From Treponemataceae bacterium (GTDB lineage Bacteria > Spirochaetota > Spirochaetia > Treponematales > Rectinemataceae): a stretch of DNA of 64,000 nt. Under the pieces are notes generated by a model. It worked only from the letters and a program-made list of their open reading frames with translations, made no database searches and was not told the DNA's origin. A program made the position numbers and the translations under genes. The stretch covers positions 128,001-192,000 of the forward strand of contig CAXXVZ010000005.1 of NCBI GenBank assembly GCA_963678065.2. The letters are read 5' to 3'. The stretch's first letter is position 1, and the number at the start of each line of letters is the position of its first letter. This document shows positions 18,842 through 29,077 of the stretch, one piece after another.

Positions 18842-20109
18842 GCGCGTTTTCCTCTGGAACGGCAGGATATCCTGAGCTCTTCATAGAGAGCGTCGAGCCG
18901 GTCCACGATGCGGTCCCAGGTATAATGGGCCTCGACCTCGGCCTGGCCGCTGCGTGTGAGGTTTCGCGCCAGCTCCCTGTCTCCGAGGATCTCGAACACC
19001 GCACGGGAAGCCTCGGCGACGCTGTCGGCTCCGGTCCCGGGCGCGAAGAGGAGGCCGTTCCTCCGGTCTGTCACGAAGGCGGGGATGCCGCCGACTCTCG
19101 CCGCGACAAGAGGAAGTCCAGCCGCCCAGGCCTCCAGAGCAACGACTCCGAAGGGCTCATGGATGGAGGGCAGAAGGAAGCAGTCCGCCGCAGCATAGGC
19201 CGCCGCGAGTTCTCCCGAGGCGTAATCCAGCTGTCCCGCAAGGATGGCCGCCCCGGAGAGGCCCTTACGCTCGATTTCGGACTCGATGGAAGTCCTGTAG
19301 GCCTCGTTGGTCGCGGGTCCGGCCATCACGAGACGGAGCTCCGGCAGCTTCGCGCGCAGCTGTTCGAGGACGGCGACCGCAAGAAGTTGGTTTTTCTGGG
19401 GATCGATCCGTCCGACGACCAGGATGAGGGGAGCTTCGGCCGGGATACCCCGCGCGCGGCGGAAGGCGGCGCCGGCTCCCGGGGGAGCTTTGAAGCGCGC
19501 GGGGTCGACGCCGTTGGGCATGAACTCGATACGCTTCTTCGGCATGGCCGCACGGAGCTCGTCGACCTCGAACCGGTCCACGCAGAGGATGGCATCCGCG
19601 TCGCTCACCACGCTGCGGCCGCCATAGATGAGTCCGATCAGCTTTCCCCACTCCAGGGAGCCTTTGCCGGGCTCGACGAGGTCACGCCGCTCCGATTCGG
19701 GGCTCCGCACGAGACCTCCGTGGAGGCTGATGAGATAGGGTATGCCGCGCCGTCTGGCCGCGGTCCGGACGAGGGCGCCCAGTCTCTTGCCGGTGTGCAG
19801 GTGGAAGATGTCCGGATCTTCCATCGCAAGAAGGCTCCGGTAAAGCCCGAAGGAAACGAGGTTGCCGCCCTTGCGGTCCATCCTGCCGCGGTCTTCCTCG
19901 GAGAGCCCGAGATAGGGATAGATGTGGGGATATCGCTTCACGGGGACTCCCTCGATCGTCTCCTCCCGGGCTTGCGCGAGCGCCATGCTCGTCGCGATAT
20001 GTACGCGGTCGCCGCGGAGAATCTGGCGCCGCGCGGTCTCGAGAATGACAGTCTCCGTGCCGCCCCACGCCTCGCGCACGAAGCGGCGCGGGATGTGCAC
20101 TATGTTCAT
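18838..20109 (-). CDS. Glycosyltransferase family 4
   Basis: GRIDPQKNQ, PSIHEPFGVVALEAW. Confidence 0.92.
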   Translation of the reverse strand: MNIVHIPRRFVREAWGGTETVILETARRQILRGDRVHIATSMALAQAREETIEGVPVKRYPHIYPYLGLSEEDRGRMDRKGGNLVSFGLYRSLLAMEDPDIFHLHTGKRLGALVRTAARRRGIPYLISLHGGLVRSPESERRDLVEPGKGSLEWGKLIGLIYGGRSVVSDADAILCVDRFEVDELRAAMPKKRIEFMPNGVDPARFKAPPGAGAAFRRARGIPAEAPLILVVGRIDPQKNQLLAVAVLEQLRAKLPELRLVMAGPATNEAYRTSIESEIERKGLSGAAILAGQLDYASGELAAAYAAADCFLLPSIHEPFGVVALEAWAAGLPLVAARVGGIPAFVTDRRNGLLFAPGTGADSVAEASRAVFEILGDRELARNLTRSGQAEVEAHYTWDRIVDRLDALYEELRISCRSRGKRA

Positions 20110-21374
20110 CGCCTTCCTCCGGGTCCGGGCAGGGTCTGTGCGATCGCTCCCTCGAGTATGGCCTCGAGCCTGTCCACGTAGCGCTCGAGGGAAAACTTCT
20201 CCTCCACGGTCTTGCGCCCGGCGAGAGCGAGCCGCCTCCGCAGCCCGGCATCCCCGGCGATCCTGGCGATGGCGGCGGCCAATTCACCAGGGTTTTCCTT
20301 CGCGAAGATGAGGGCGTTCTCGCCGTCCCGCAGGAACTCGCCGGGACCCCCGTGCCCGACGGACACGACGGGGGTGCCCGAAGCCATGGCCTCGAGATGG
20401 GTGAGCCCGAAAGGCTCGTCCCAGACCGAAGTGAACGCGAGGAGATCTGATTCGCGGTAGAGGGAAGCCATGAGGGAAGAGGATATCCTTCCGAGAAAGC
20501 GGGCCTCGATGCCGAGTTTCAGGGCGCGCTCGCGGAGCCTCTGTTCGTAGGCAGGATCCCCTGCCCCGGCTACGGTCAGAATGTAGCGCCCCGAAGACTT
20601 CAGGAGTCCCATGGCCTCCACGAGGGTGTGGACGCCCTTGTATTCATGCAGCTGGCCGGCATAGAGGACCCTGAAGGGATCTTGCGCCGATCCGGGCTCG
20701 GCTTTCAGGGGATAGGACTCGAGGGGAACGCCCTGGAAGGCGACGATGGAGCGCGAGAAGCGGGGATCGGCGCCGGCGAGGCGCTTGCGCACAGTGTCGG
20801 ATATGACGACGACGGGATCGAGGCGAAGTCTTTTGTAGGTCGAGGCGGGGAAGATGTACCGCTCCAGGACAGAGCGGGCCAGACCTTTGGGGCCGCCGCC
20901 TGCCGCCGGCCTGAAGCCGAGAATGTGGTCGTCGTTCATGGTGTAGACGACGGGCAGATCCCTCGACTCAGCCTCTCTCGCTGCGCCCAAACCCAACCTC
21001 AGCTGGCTCCATACGAAGACGACATCCGGCTTGAAACGCCCGATGGCCTCGGCCGCCGCGCGACGGTTCGACTTCTCCACCCTCTGACGTCCGCCCCTGG
21101 CCAGGCGGGGAGCTTCGCCGAAAGGAAGGTAGAGCCGGAGACTCCGCAGGACCGTCTCGCCGGCGGGACCTTTCTCTTCCCGCACCGCGCCGCCGACAGT
21201 GCCATTGCCGGTGGCACCATTGCCGATGGCTCCGGGAACGCCGGAGACGGGTGTCGTGAGAACCATAATGGAAGCCCCGCGCTTCACGAGGGAGGCGACG
21301 ACCTGGGCGCAGAGGATCTCGTAGCCGCCGAGAACCTTGGGAGGATACAGATTCGATACGATGAGAACTCGCAT
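20106..21374 (-). CDS. Glycosyltransferase family 4
   Basis: NLYPP..GGYE, GQL..YKG, SVWDEPFGLTHLEAMA. Confidence 0.92.
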   Translation of the reverse strand: MRVLIVSNLYPPKVLGGYEILCAQVVASLVKRGASIMVLTTPVSGVPGAIGNGATGNGTVGGAVREEKGPAGETVLRSLRLYLPFGEAPRLARGGRQRVEKSNRRAAAEAIGRFKPDVVFVWSQLRLGLGAAREAESRDLPVVYTMNDDHILGFRPAAGGGPKGLARSVLERYIFPASTYKRLRLDPVVVISDTVRKRLAGADPRFSRSIVAFQGVPLESYPLKAEPGSAQDPFRVLYAGQLHEYKGVHTLVEAMGLLKSSGRYILTVAGAGDPAYEQRLRERALKLGIEARFLGRISSSLMASLYRESDLLAFTSVWDEPFGLTHLEAMASGTPVVSVGHGGPGEFLRDGENALIFAKENPGELAAAIARIAGDAGLRRRLALAGRKTVEEKFSLERYVDRLEAILEGAIAQTLPGPGGRR

Positions 21375-21377
21375 GAC

Positions 21378-24068
21378 TTACTCCCGGTTGAAGGCGGGGA
21401 TCACATCGGTGAAGACGACCCCGAGCACCCGCTTGTGTCCGAGTTCGGTGATGGCCTGTTCAACTTCACGGGGCGTGACGGTCCTGGCGCGGATACACAT
21501 GATGACCGCGTCGCAGTTCTTCGCGACGATGGCCGCGTCAGCGAAACCGAGGACGGCGGGGGCCTCGAGCACGACGATGCTGTAGGTCTTCGAGGCGGAT
21601 TCGAGAAGCTCCCGGAAACGATTCGAGCCGAGGAGGTCGGGCAGAGCCTCTTCGGCTCCGCGCGTCACGAGATCGACGCCCGGCATGATGGATTGGGTCG
21701 CGATTTCTCCGAGATCCTGGGCGCGGTAGGTCAGGTACTCGCCGGTGCCGGCAAGTGGCATCTCTGCCGTAGCTTCCCGGGTATCGAGCCCGGCCAGCGG
21801 CCAAGCCTCGGCCGAGCCGCGGGTTTCGGTGTCAAGTATGAGGACGCGTTCGTCGGAGCGCCCCCAGATGAGGCCGAGGTTGGCCGCGACGAGGCTCTTT
21901 CCGCCTGAGCCGGTCGGAGATGCGAGGAGTATCCTGACACCTTTGCCGGGCACTTCCCTGCGGAGACGGAGGGCGAGGAGCCGGAATTTTTCGATAAGCG
22001 CCGGATCGCCGTCAGTCCCGGGCATTATCTTGTTGCGGTCGGAACGGGGCAGGACGGAGAGGATGGGCAGACCGAGAGTGAGACGTGCCTCCGCGGGCGA
22101 ACGGATACGTCTGTCGAAGAGCTCGAAAGCCGCGATGGAGCCCCAGCCGATAAGGAGTATGACGAAGGAAAAGGCGATCAGTATGGTCTTTCTATTCGAA
22201 CTGGTCGCGAAAACAGGAATCGGAGCCTGCGAAATGATCTTGAAATCGGCGGAGCCCTTGGCGAGGGCGGTGTCGGCCTGGGCCACCATCTTCTCGAGAC
22301 CTTTGACCTCCGCGGAAAGGCCCGCGGCATCAGTCGTCAGCTGCGCATATTCCTTGTTCACCTCAGGGAGCGTATCGATGGCCTTCTGCGCGTTCTTGAC
22401 CATGTTGTCGTAGTTCGTGAAAGACCCCTCGACCGCGACCAGTTCAAGTTTTGCGTCGAAGCGCTTGAGGGTGAGTTCGTGGAGGAGCTGCTCCTCGGGG
22501 CTCTGAGAGAGAGAGGGGGTTGAGAGACTCGCGCGGAGACTGTCGATCTGGGTGAGGATGCCTGTCGTCTCCTGATCGCTCTGTCCGGCCAAAGTCGCTT
22601 TTTCGTAGTCGGCGCGCGCGCGATCGAGTTCGGATTTTGTCGCGAGCCCCTCTTTGTACAGCTGATTGAGTCTGTTGAGGTCTTCCTGACGCGCCGTGAT
22701 CTCCGCCTGGGCCCCCCGGCGAGCGTTCGCATCCTCGAGCTGGCGGGTCAGAGAAGCTATCTTCGCCTCGATCTCCGCATTGCTCGGCTTGCCGCTCTCG
22801 ATATCCTTGGTCGTCTTGATCTGGGACGTAAGATCGGAAATAGACTGGTCGAGAGATTTTATCTGAACCTGGAGAGTCGCTCTCCGCGAAGAGGCATCAT
22901 CGCGCAGGGAACGCAGCCGGACGAGTTCCTGGACGACCTGCTCGCTCTCTTTTTTTATGTCGACAATATTGTGCTTGTCGGTAAAGACCTTCAGATCCGA
23001 CTCCGTCTGCTTCCATTTAGCCAAAACATCCTTGTAGCGCGAAGAGAGCCTCGCCTGCATGTCGATGAGGTTCTCCTTGTTGACCGCCTTGTTGGATTCT
23101 ATGAATACGTCGACGAGAACGTTCGTGAGGGCGGCCGCGGTCTCCGGGTCATCCCAGGTGGTGTGCACCGTCATGAGTTCGGTTTCTTTCTGCACTCCGA
23201 CGCGGACAGCCGAGCCGATCGTGTTGAGGGGCACCTTGAGCTTGAGTGCGGCGCGGACACTTTCCATGTTCTTGGGAATCTTGACGGTATTGAGTAGGGT
23301 CTTTATGGCGACCGATCCAACCTGCAACCTCTCTTTGCGCGACCCTTGGCGGTAGATGAAGGTCGTGGACGGATCGATATTCTGAAGCACTTCGTACTCG
23401 TCCGACAGCTCGTTGTCGGAGGGTTTGTAGAGAAGGACGGCTTCGGTCTCGAAGATGGCCTTTCCGAGGAATTTGGCCGCGACCAGTCCCGCTCCGATGG
23501 CCACCACGAAGATGGCCAGAAGTATCCATTTATGGGAAAAGAAGGCCGTAAGGAAGGTCCCCATATCGAAGCCCATGCCCGTCGGCTTCTCGCCGGAGGG
23601 CGTAGACTCGGCCTGAGTCGCGGGTTGGGGCTCGGGGCCACGCGGAAGCAGAACGCCGGAATATAGCGGACCCCACGCGTCGACGAATTCGGGCCGCGGT
23701 TCGTTGCTCTGGAAAAAGCGCGACACCTCGACCTGCTGCGCCAAGCGGTCGTAGCCTCCCGAATCGAAGGAAAAAAAGGCCGCAGCCTCTGTAGGCTGGA
23801 CCACGATATCAGGGGCGGATTCGCGGATCGCATCCGACAGCGAACCCGACGCGACGATTCGCAGCCCTCCGCCCAAGGAATCCAGTTTTTCGGCGAATTT
23901 TCCCAGGATAGCGCAGGCTTCCGGTTCGATCTCACCGACGGCCGAGAGGTCGAGGACAAGCTTGCTTCGACCGCTCAGAGTTGTCTCTATGCGGAGGATT
24001 GCGTTTCGAGCCGTCTGGGCATCCAGCCGGCTGTCGGCAAGATGCACTGTCATGTAGCCGTTCGACAA
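21378..24068 (-). CDS. Wzc/GumC-like polysaccharide co-polymerase with N-terminal STAS-like domain and degenerate BY-kinase domain
   Basis: Two TM helices flank a long coiled coil; DRRIRS...LGLPIL..LP, EKFRLL, GGKSLVAANL, PDLLGS.RF..LL; N-terminal LVLDLSAV STAS-like segment. Confidence 0.85.
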   Translation of the reverse strand: MSNGYMTVHLADSRLDAQTARNAILRIETTLSGRSKLVLDLSAVGEIEPEACAILGKFAEKLDSLGGGLRIVASGSLSDAIRESAPDIVVQPTEAAAFFSFDSGGYDRLAQQVEVSRFFQSNEPRPEFVDAWGPLYSGVLLPRGPEPQPATQAESTPSGEKPTGMGFDMGTFLTAFFSHKWILLAIFVVAIGAGLVAAKFLGKAIFETEAVLLYKPSDNELSDEYEVLQNIDPSTTFIYRQGSRKERLQVGSVAIKTLLNTVKIPKNMESVRAALKLKVPLNTIGSAVRVGVQKETELMTVHTTWDDPETAAALTNVLVDVFIESNKAVNKENLIDMQARLSSRYKDVLAKWKQTESDLKVFTDKHNIVDIKKESEQVVQELVRLRSLRDDASSRRATLQVQIKSLDQSISDLTSQIKTTKDIESGKPSNAEIEAKIASLTRQLEDANARRGAQAEITARQEDLNRLNQLYKEGLATKSELDRARADYEKATLAGQSDQETTGILTQIDSLRASLSTPSLSQSPEEQLLHELTLKRFDAKLELVAVEGSFTNYDNMVKNAQKAIDTLPEVNKEYAQLTTDAAGLSAEVKGLEKMVAQADTALAKGSADFKIISQAPIPVFATSSNRKTILIAFSFVILLIGWGSIAAFELFDRRIRSPAEARLTLGLPILSVLPRSDRNKIMPGTDGDPALIEKFRLLALRLRREVPGKGVRILLASPTGSGGKSLVAANLGLIWGRSDERVLILDTETRGSAEAWPLAGLDTREATAEMPLAGTGEYLTYRAQDLGEIATQSIMPGVDLVTRGAEEALPDLLGSNRFRELLESASKTYSIVVLEAPAVLGFADAAIVAKNCDAVIMCIRARTVTPREVEQAITELGHKRVLGVVFTDVIPAFNRE

Positions 24069-24084
24069 CTCCCCCTCCTCTTTC

Positions 24085-25605
24085 TTAAGATTTTCGGCCT
24101 TTTTTTCTTAAAAAGACAGTGAAAAGATCGTGTTCCGAGGGATCGAGCGAGAAAAACCAGAAGGCGACGATGTAGCAAACTGCCCCCGCGAGGCCTGCGA
24201 GGAAAACGGAACCGAGGGTTTCCGGCCTGAATCGCTGTGCGATGAAGAAAATAACCGCGCCTTCGACCGCGGCAGGGATAAGGATGGGTATCCAGACATG
24301 GGTTATCAGGTTGCCCTTCCTGATGTTGTAACGCCTGTAGGATCGCAGGGGAATGGCGAAGCCGTCCACAGAAGTGGCGGCGATGAGAGTGCCGAGGGCC
24401 ACACCGAGGGGACCGAGCACGGTCACGAGGGCGACGCTCGCCAGGATGTTGAGTACGGTGGAGGCGACCATGGCCCGCGCCGCGTAGACATGGTCACCCT
24501 TGAGACTCAGGACAGCCGCGCAGGGCATCTGGACGGCTATCACGACGAAGGATGCCATGAGGATGCCCAGGATGGAGGCGGCGTCGCCGTACTCCGGGCC
24601 GGCCCAGGCAGAAAGCGCAGGGACACCGAGGATCGTCATCGCGACGGCAAAAATTGCGGCGAATCCTCCCGCATATTTGGGCGCATTGATGAGAAAAAAG
24701 CGAGCCTTTTCCGGTTCCGCCGCCATGTCCAGGCGGGCGATAGGCGGAGTGAGGGCATTGACGACCTGCTTCACGAGCATGAACGCGTATTCGGCCGCCC
24801 TCTGCGCCACGCCGTACTTGGCTACCGCGGCGAGAGGCGCGAAAAGCTTGAGAAGAACGACGTCGGACTGCATGAGAATGACACCGGCGATCTGCACGGC
24901 GAAACTGGCTCCGGAAAATGAGAAGGCTTCGCGGAACCTGGATTTGGAAGCCTTGCGGAGGGAAATCCGGATATCGGGGGCCGTTATGCGGGCCGCCACG
25001 ACGTAGGCGAGGTTTTCGGCCAGGGAGGTCGCGAGCCCGATCACCGCCAGTCCGGAGAGTGAGATCCCCGAATCCAGAAAGCGGAAACACAGGAATCCAT
25101 AGACGAGGGATGATGCGATCTGGATCATGTTGACATAGAATAGCCGTCCCACGCCGAAGACGAGTCCCCGGAAAAAGCCTCCGGGGATACCCACGACGAC
25201 TGCCCTGAAACCGAGGAGGAGAAACACGATGCGCCCTTGGGAGACCATGTCGCTGGGGAGGCTGAACAGTCTGCCGTACACCGCGGCGAGTCCGAAGAGG
25301 AGAGCGCAGCCCACGCCGGCTGCCACATAGTGTACCAGGAGAGCGGTCGACAGAAGTTCGTCGCGCCTCTGCATGTCTTCGGGTTTTCTCGCCTCCGCCG
25401 TCCACTTGACTACTCCCGTCCCGAACCCGCCATCCAGGATAAGGAGAAAGCCGAGGAGGGATGACGCGAGGGTCCACAGCCCATAGCGGTCGACTCCATA
25501 GGCGGCGGACATGCGGGGAACCAGCATGAACGAAACGACGGCCGCGACGAGGTAGCGGAGCCAGTTGGTCAGGACATCACCCAGTATTCGCTTTGAATTC
25601 TTCAA
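24085..25605 (-). CDS. Wzx-type oligosaccharide flippase
   Basis: About 12-14 TMs; YGLW, LDGGFG, SDVVLL....P..VAKYG; TTG start with AGAGG RBS inferred. Confidence 0.85.
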   Translation of the reverse strand: MKNSKRILGDVLTNWLRYLVAAVVSFMLVPRMSAAYGVDRYGLWTLASSLLGFLLILDGGFGTGVVKWTAEARKPEDMQRRDELLSTALLVHYVAAGVGCALLFGLAAVYGRLFSLPSDMVSQGRIVFLLLGFRAVVVGIPGGFFRGLVFGVGRLFYVNMIQIASSLVYGFLCFRFLDSGISLSGLAVIGLATSLAENLAYVVAARITAPDIRISLRKASKSRFREAFSFSGASFAVQIAGVILMQSDVVLLKLFAPLAAVAKYGVAQRAAEYAFMLVKQVVNALTPPIARLDMAAEPEKARFFLINAPKYAGGFAAIFAVAMTILGVPALSAWAGPEYGDAASILGILMASFVVIAVQMPCAAVLSLKGDHVYAARAMVASTVLNILASVALVTVLGPLGVALGTLIAATSVDGFAIPLRSYRRYNIRKGNLITHVWIPILIPAAVEGAVIFFIAQRFRPETLGSVFLAGLAGAVCYIVAFWFFSLDPSEHDLFTVFLRKKGRKS

Positions 25606-25616
25606 CTGATACCTCT

Positions 25617-26974
25617 TTACTTCTCGTCTCCGAGGGGGTTTATTCCCATCTCTTCGAGCCTGCCGATGGCTGCCATGCAGGCCGCTATGTACAGGTATTG
25701 ACACAGAACCGGAGTGATCCGGAAGGCCCATTCGAAGAGGCCGGATATGTGGAGAGCGATCTCTCCCACCCCCGCAGCGAGAGCAATCGCCTCAGGCAGA
25801 TTCCGTTTTCTGCCCCGCTTGAGCAGAAGTCCGGGTTTGGAAACCGCCCACCACAGCGTCAGGTACAATAGAATGATGACGATCATGCCGCCGTAACCTG
25901 TCTCGGCCGCGGAGAGCCAGTAGATGTTGTGGACGACTCCTGCGGATTCCTCGTTGGCCATGACCTCGACATGGGCATTGTACTTGTCGACGAGGGTCAT
26001 AGTCTCGGAAAAATTGTTGAGGCCGACGCCGAGCGGTCTGTCCTGGCCATCATCTTCGCGGCTATCTTGAACTCTTCGCGCGCTTGTTCACTCGATTCGG
26101 GCGCGTTCAGGAAGCGGTCGATGATGGTCTTCGCGACCATGACTCCGCCGATCGCGGCGAGAACCGCGAACACAAGGATAGTCGCCTTCGCCCGCGTCGA
26201 CAACTTGAGTCTCGTCGCGAGGAAAAAAGCCACGGCGCAAGCCATGACCGCGAGCATCATCCCGAGCCGCGACTGGGTGGCCACGACGGAGATAAGTCCC
26301 GCCCCGACAGCGCCCATCATGAGCAGGAACTCCACATTGCCGATCCTCTTGTCCCCCAGCGCCCAGACGAGGATGGTCGGGGCGGCGGGATTGACGAAGA
26401 GGGGAATGGTGTTGGAATGGTCGAACGGGCCTTTCACCCGATAATAGCCTTCGAGGAATTTTTGCTTGAGCGAAAAGAAGCCCACGAAGAGCAGCCCCGC
26501 CGTCAGGCCGCGGCGCACCCCGGTGTAGAAGACGGAAGGATCCTTCTCCCCTGTGGCGGAAGCCCAGATGATGGCATAGACCATCGTGATGCGCAGAAAT
26601 TTGATGACAGTGAACATACCGAAAAAGGGTTGCAGGGCCCCCGAAAGTCCGGCGGCCCCGATCGCGACATAGACGAGGAGGATGGCGAGCCCTGGCGCCG
26701 CCTTCTTGGGGCGCCTGCGGTCAATATAGGTTCCGAGCTGCCGGGACAATAACAGTCCCAGCGCGACCATCTCGGCGAAGGTGAGTTCGAGCCCTCGGTC
26801 GGGCCCGCGGTATGTCTCTACAGAGAAGAAATTGATGCCTGACATGTCCCCCATCGCGGGTATGAACATGAGCAGTGCGTAACAGGCCGAACGGAGTTTC
26901 GCGCTCTGCGAGGCGGCAAAGGCGATCGCCGGAATGCCGCCGGCGAAGACTAGCACGAAAATGAAATACTTCAT
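25617..26974 (-). pseudogene. Wzy polymerase / O-antigen-ligase-like membrane protein split by a single frameshift near 26043
   Basis: ORF 25997-26974 (KGPFDHSN, TQSR.G) continues in another frame as DRPLGVGLNNF...VHNIYWLSAAETG. Real lesion or assembly error. Confidence 0.75.
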
Positions 26975-26981
26975 GCGCCTG

Positions 26982-28175
26982 TCAGTTGAACCGTTTCCAT
27001 GTTCCGAGGAAAGGTTCGAGGAGGTTTTCCGGCACGGGTTCTCCCCGCGCGATCATGGAAAGAAGAACAGGGAGCGTCCGATAGAGTTTTTCGCGCGGGT
27101 AGCGCGACGAGAATTCGCGACTCCGGAGATTGTGCGCGAGGTTTCTCGCGAGCTTGCGGACACCTGCGTGCTCTGCGGGCTCGCGGAGGCCCGCCCACGA
27201 GGAATAGTCGGCAGCATCCTTCCATGAAAGTCCCGTGCGGGCGGATTCCGTGGCGATGAATACCTTCAGCCAGAGCGAGGCCTCGCCTTCGAGGTCCTCA
27301 GAAGAAGGCTGCGCAGGAAACGTGTCCGGGGAGAGCTTGAAGCCGACGCCTTCGCGGTAGTCGGTCTCGGCCGCAGCGAGGACCGCGTCAATCTTTCCGC
27401 TCGCGGCTTTGCCCTTCGCCACGTCGGGGAAGGCCCGGGCAAGGATCTCGCGTATCCGCTTCCGGCCCGAGGCGAAACTTTCCAGCTTGCCGGAAACCGG
27501 CGTGACATGGCAGCCCGCAGCGATGGAGAGTGCGTCTCCGATCGCGAGCCTGGACTTCATCCAGTTGCGTCTGACGAAATCGGGATCGGATGTATCGTAG
27601 GAAGCCGGCGGCTTGCCGATGGCTTTCATGGCGGCCATGAGGAGGCCGGTGCCCCGGTTCAGGAGGAGCCTGGCGGCCTCGGCAGGAGCTATGGCTGTTC
27701 CCGGGTCGAAGGAGATCGCCTTCAGGAAGAGATCCTGCGGCCCTTCGAGCACGCGGTGGCCGCGGGCGACCTCGGTCCACATGAGACTCGGAGAAAAACG
27801 GGCAAGCGCCTGGAGCTCGAGAGGCCTGCCGATGTCCAGGTCGGCGTGCCATCGCGACTCGAAGTCCGCCCGCATCGCCTCGCAGCCCGCGAGGGCCTCG
27901 GCCAGCGCGGGAACTCCGCCCCGCGCGGCCACCGGCAGGATGTCGACATCGTTGTAGGCTGCCTCGAGGTATCCGCCCGGCGCGCCTGAGTCGGGATGGC
28001 GGGAGACAGCGCCCTCCCCCCGCCCGTAGCCGCCGCAGAGCACGAGTCCGGCGAGCGCGTCTCCTGCTCCTCGCCTCGCGGCTTTCCGCACAGCGGCGGC
28101 GTAGGCCTCGAGGTCCTGGCCAAAGGCTCTGTTGAACTCCGCGCTCCCTTCGGGCGCGTAGACGAATCCGCTCAT
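26982..28175 (-). CDS. Uncharacterised protein with a Pol-beta-superfamily nucleotidyltransferase motif
   Basis: LVLCGGYGRGEG...YNDVDIL fits the hG[GS]..DhD pattern; ATGA overlap with the upstream GT2. Confidence 0.65.
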   Translation of the reverse strand: MSGFVYAPEGSAEFNRAFGQDLEAYAAAVRKAARRGAGDALAGLVLCGGYGRGEGAVSRHPDSGAPGGYLEAAYNDVDILPVAARGGVPALAEALAGCEAMRADFESRWHADLDIGRPLELQALARFSPSLMWTEVARGHRVLEGPQDLFLKAISFDPGTAIAPAEAARLLLNRGTGLLMAAMKAIGKPPASYDTSDPDFVRRNWMKSRLAIGDALSIAAGCHVTPVSGKLESFASGRKRIREILARAFPDVAKGKAASGKIDAVLAAAETDYREGVGFKLSPDTFPAQPSSEDLEGEASLWLKVFIATESARTGLSWKDAADYSSWAGLREPAEHAGVRKLARNLAHNLRSREFSSRYPREKLYRTLPVLLSMIARGEPVPENLLEPFLGTWKRFN

Positions 28176-29077
28176 GTTCCTTCCTTGCCGTCGGGGCCGG
28201 CGCCGCTGTTTCCGGCTCCGCGACGGGCTGCCATCGCGGCAAGAGCGTCCCTGAAGCCCTTCCGCCTGCCCGCCGCCATCACGGCCCTCGTGAGCGGCGA
28301 GGCGAAGGCCCCCCCGACCGCGCCGTGCGCGAGGCACCAGCCCAGGTCGGAGAGGACGAGGCGCCCCCACGGCAGGACCGTATACCTCAGAAACCCCCTC
28401 CGTCCCGAGGGCAGGTCGAAGATTTCGGCTTCCGCGTAGCCTTCTCCGTACTGCCGCCTGTGCAGCTGGCGCAGCGTGTAGTTGTGCGAGTGGAATACCG
28501 CCGAATCCGGCCTGTAGACTATCCTGTATCCGGCGGCGCGCGCCCTCCATGTCCAGTCGATATCCTCGGAATACTTCAGAATCTCTGAAAACCTCATGGT
28601 TTCCCAGACTCCTCGCCGGATGCAGCAGGAAGCCATCGAAAAGCAGTGCAGCCACCGGGCCTGGCGGGCACCGTCGCCAAAGGTGAACAGCGTGTCCTTC
28701 GCCATGAGCGGGCTGGCGTCCGGACGGGGGTCCTGTCTGCTGAAGCAGGCAGCGACCGTTTCGTCCGCCATGCCCGCGACGAGCGATGAGAGCCATCTCT
28801 CGTCCCTGGGCTCGCAGTCACAGTTGAGGAAGACGACGATTTCGCCTTCGGTCTCCTCCATGGCCCTGTTGAGGACAGCGCCGGGAATGTAGGCGCCTTC
28901 GGGGATATCGACGATGCGGTCGGCATATTTCGCCGCCAACTCCCTCGTGCCGTCGGTGGAGGCGTTGTCGAGCACGAGGAGGCGACAGGGCATCGACTGC
29001 TTCCGGATACCCTCCAGAGTCTTTCCGACGAGGGCGATGTCGTTGCGGGAGCGCATGACCACCCAGACGGGGTTCAC
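28172..29077 (-). CDS. Glycosyltransferase family 2 (rhamnosyltransferase-like)
   Basis: LDNASTDGT, VFLNCD, SEDIDW, VFHSH. Confidence 0.9.
   Translation of the reverse strand: MNPVWVVMRSRNDIALVGKTLEGIRKQSMPCRLLVLDNASTDGTRELAAKYADRIVDIPEGAYIPGAVLNRAMEETEGEIVVFLNCDCEPRDERWLSSLVAGMADETVAACFSRQDPRPDASPLMAKDTLFTFGDGARQARWLHCFSMASCCIRRGVWETMRFSEILKYSEDIDWTWRARAAGYRIVYRPDSAVFHSHNYTLRQLHRRQYGEGYAEAEIFDLPSGRRGFLRYTVLPWGRLVLSDLGWCLAHGAVGGAFASPLTRAVMAAGRRKGFRDALAAMAARRGAGNSGAGPDGKEGT

Noticed and set aside
26982..28175. CBASS-type cyclase or toxin reading of the nucleotidyltransferase
   Set aside because: Embedded and coupled within a glycan operon, with no effector or antitoxin neighbours.
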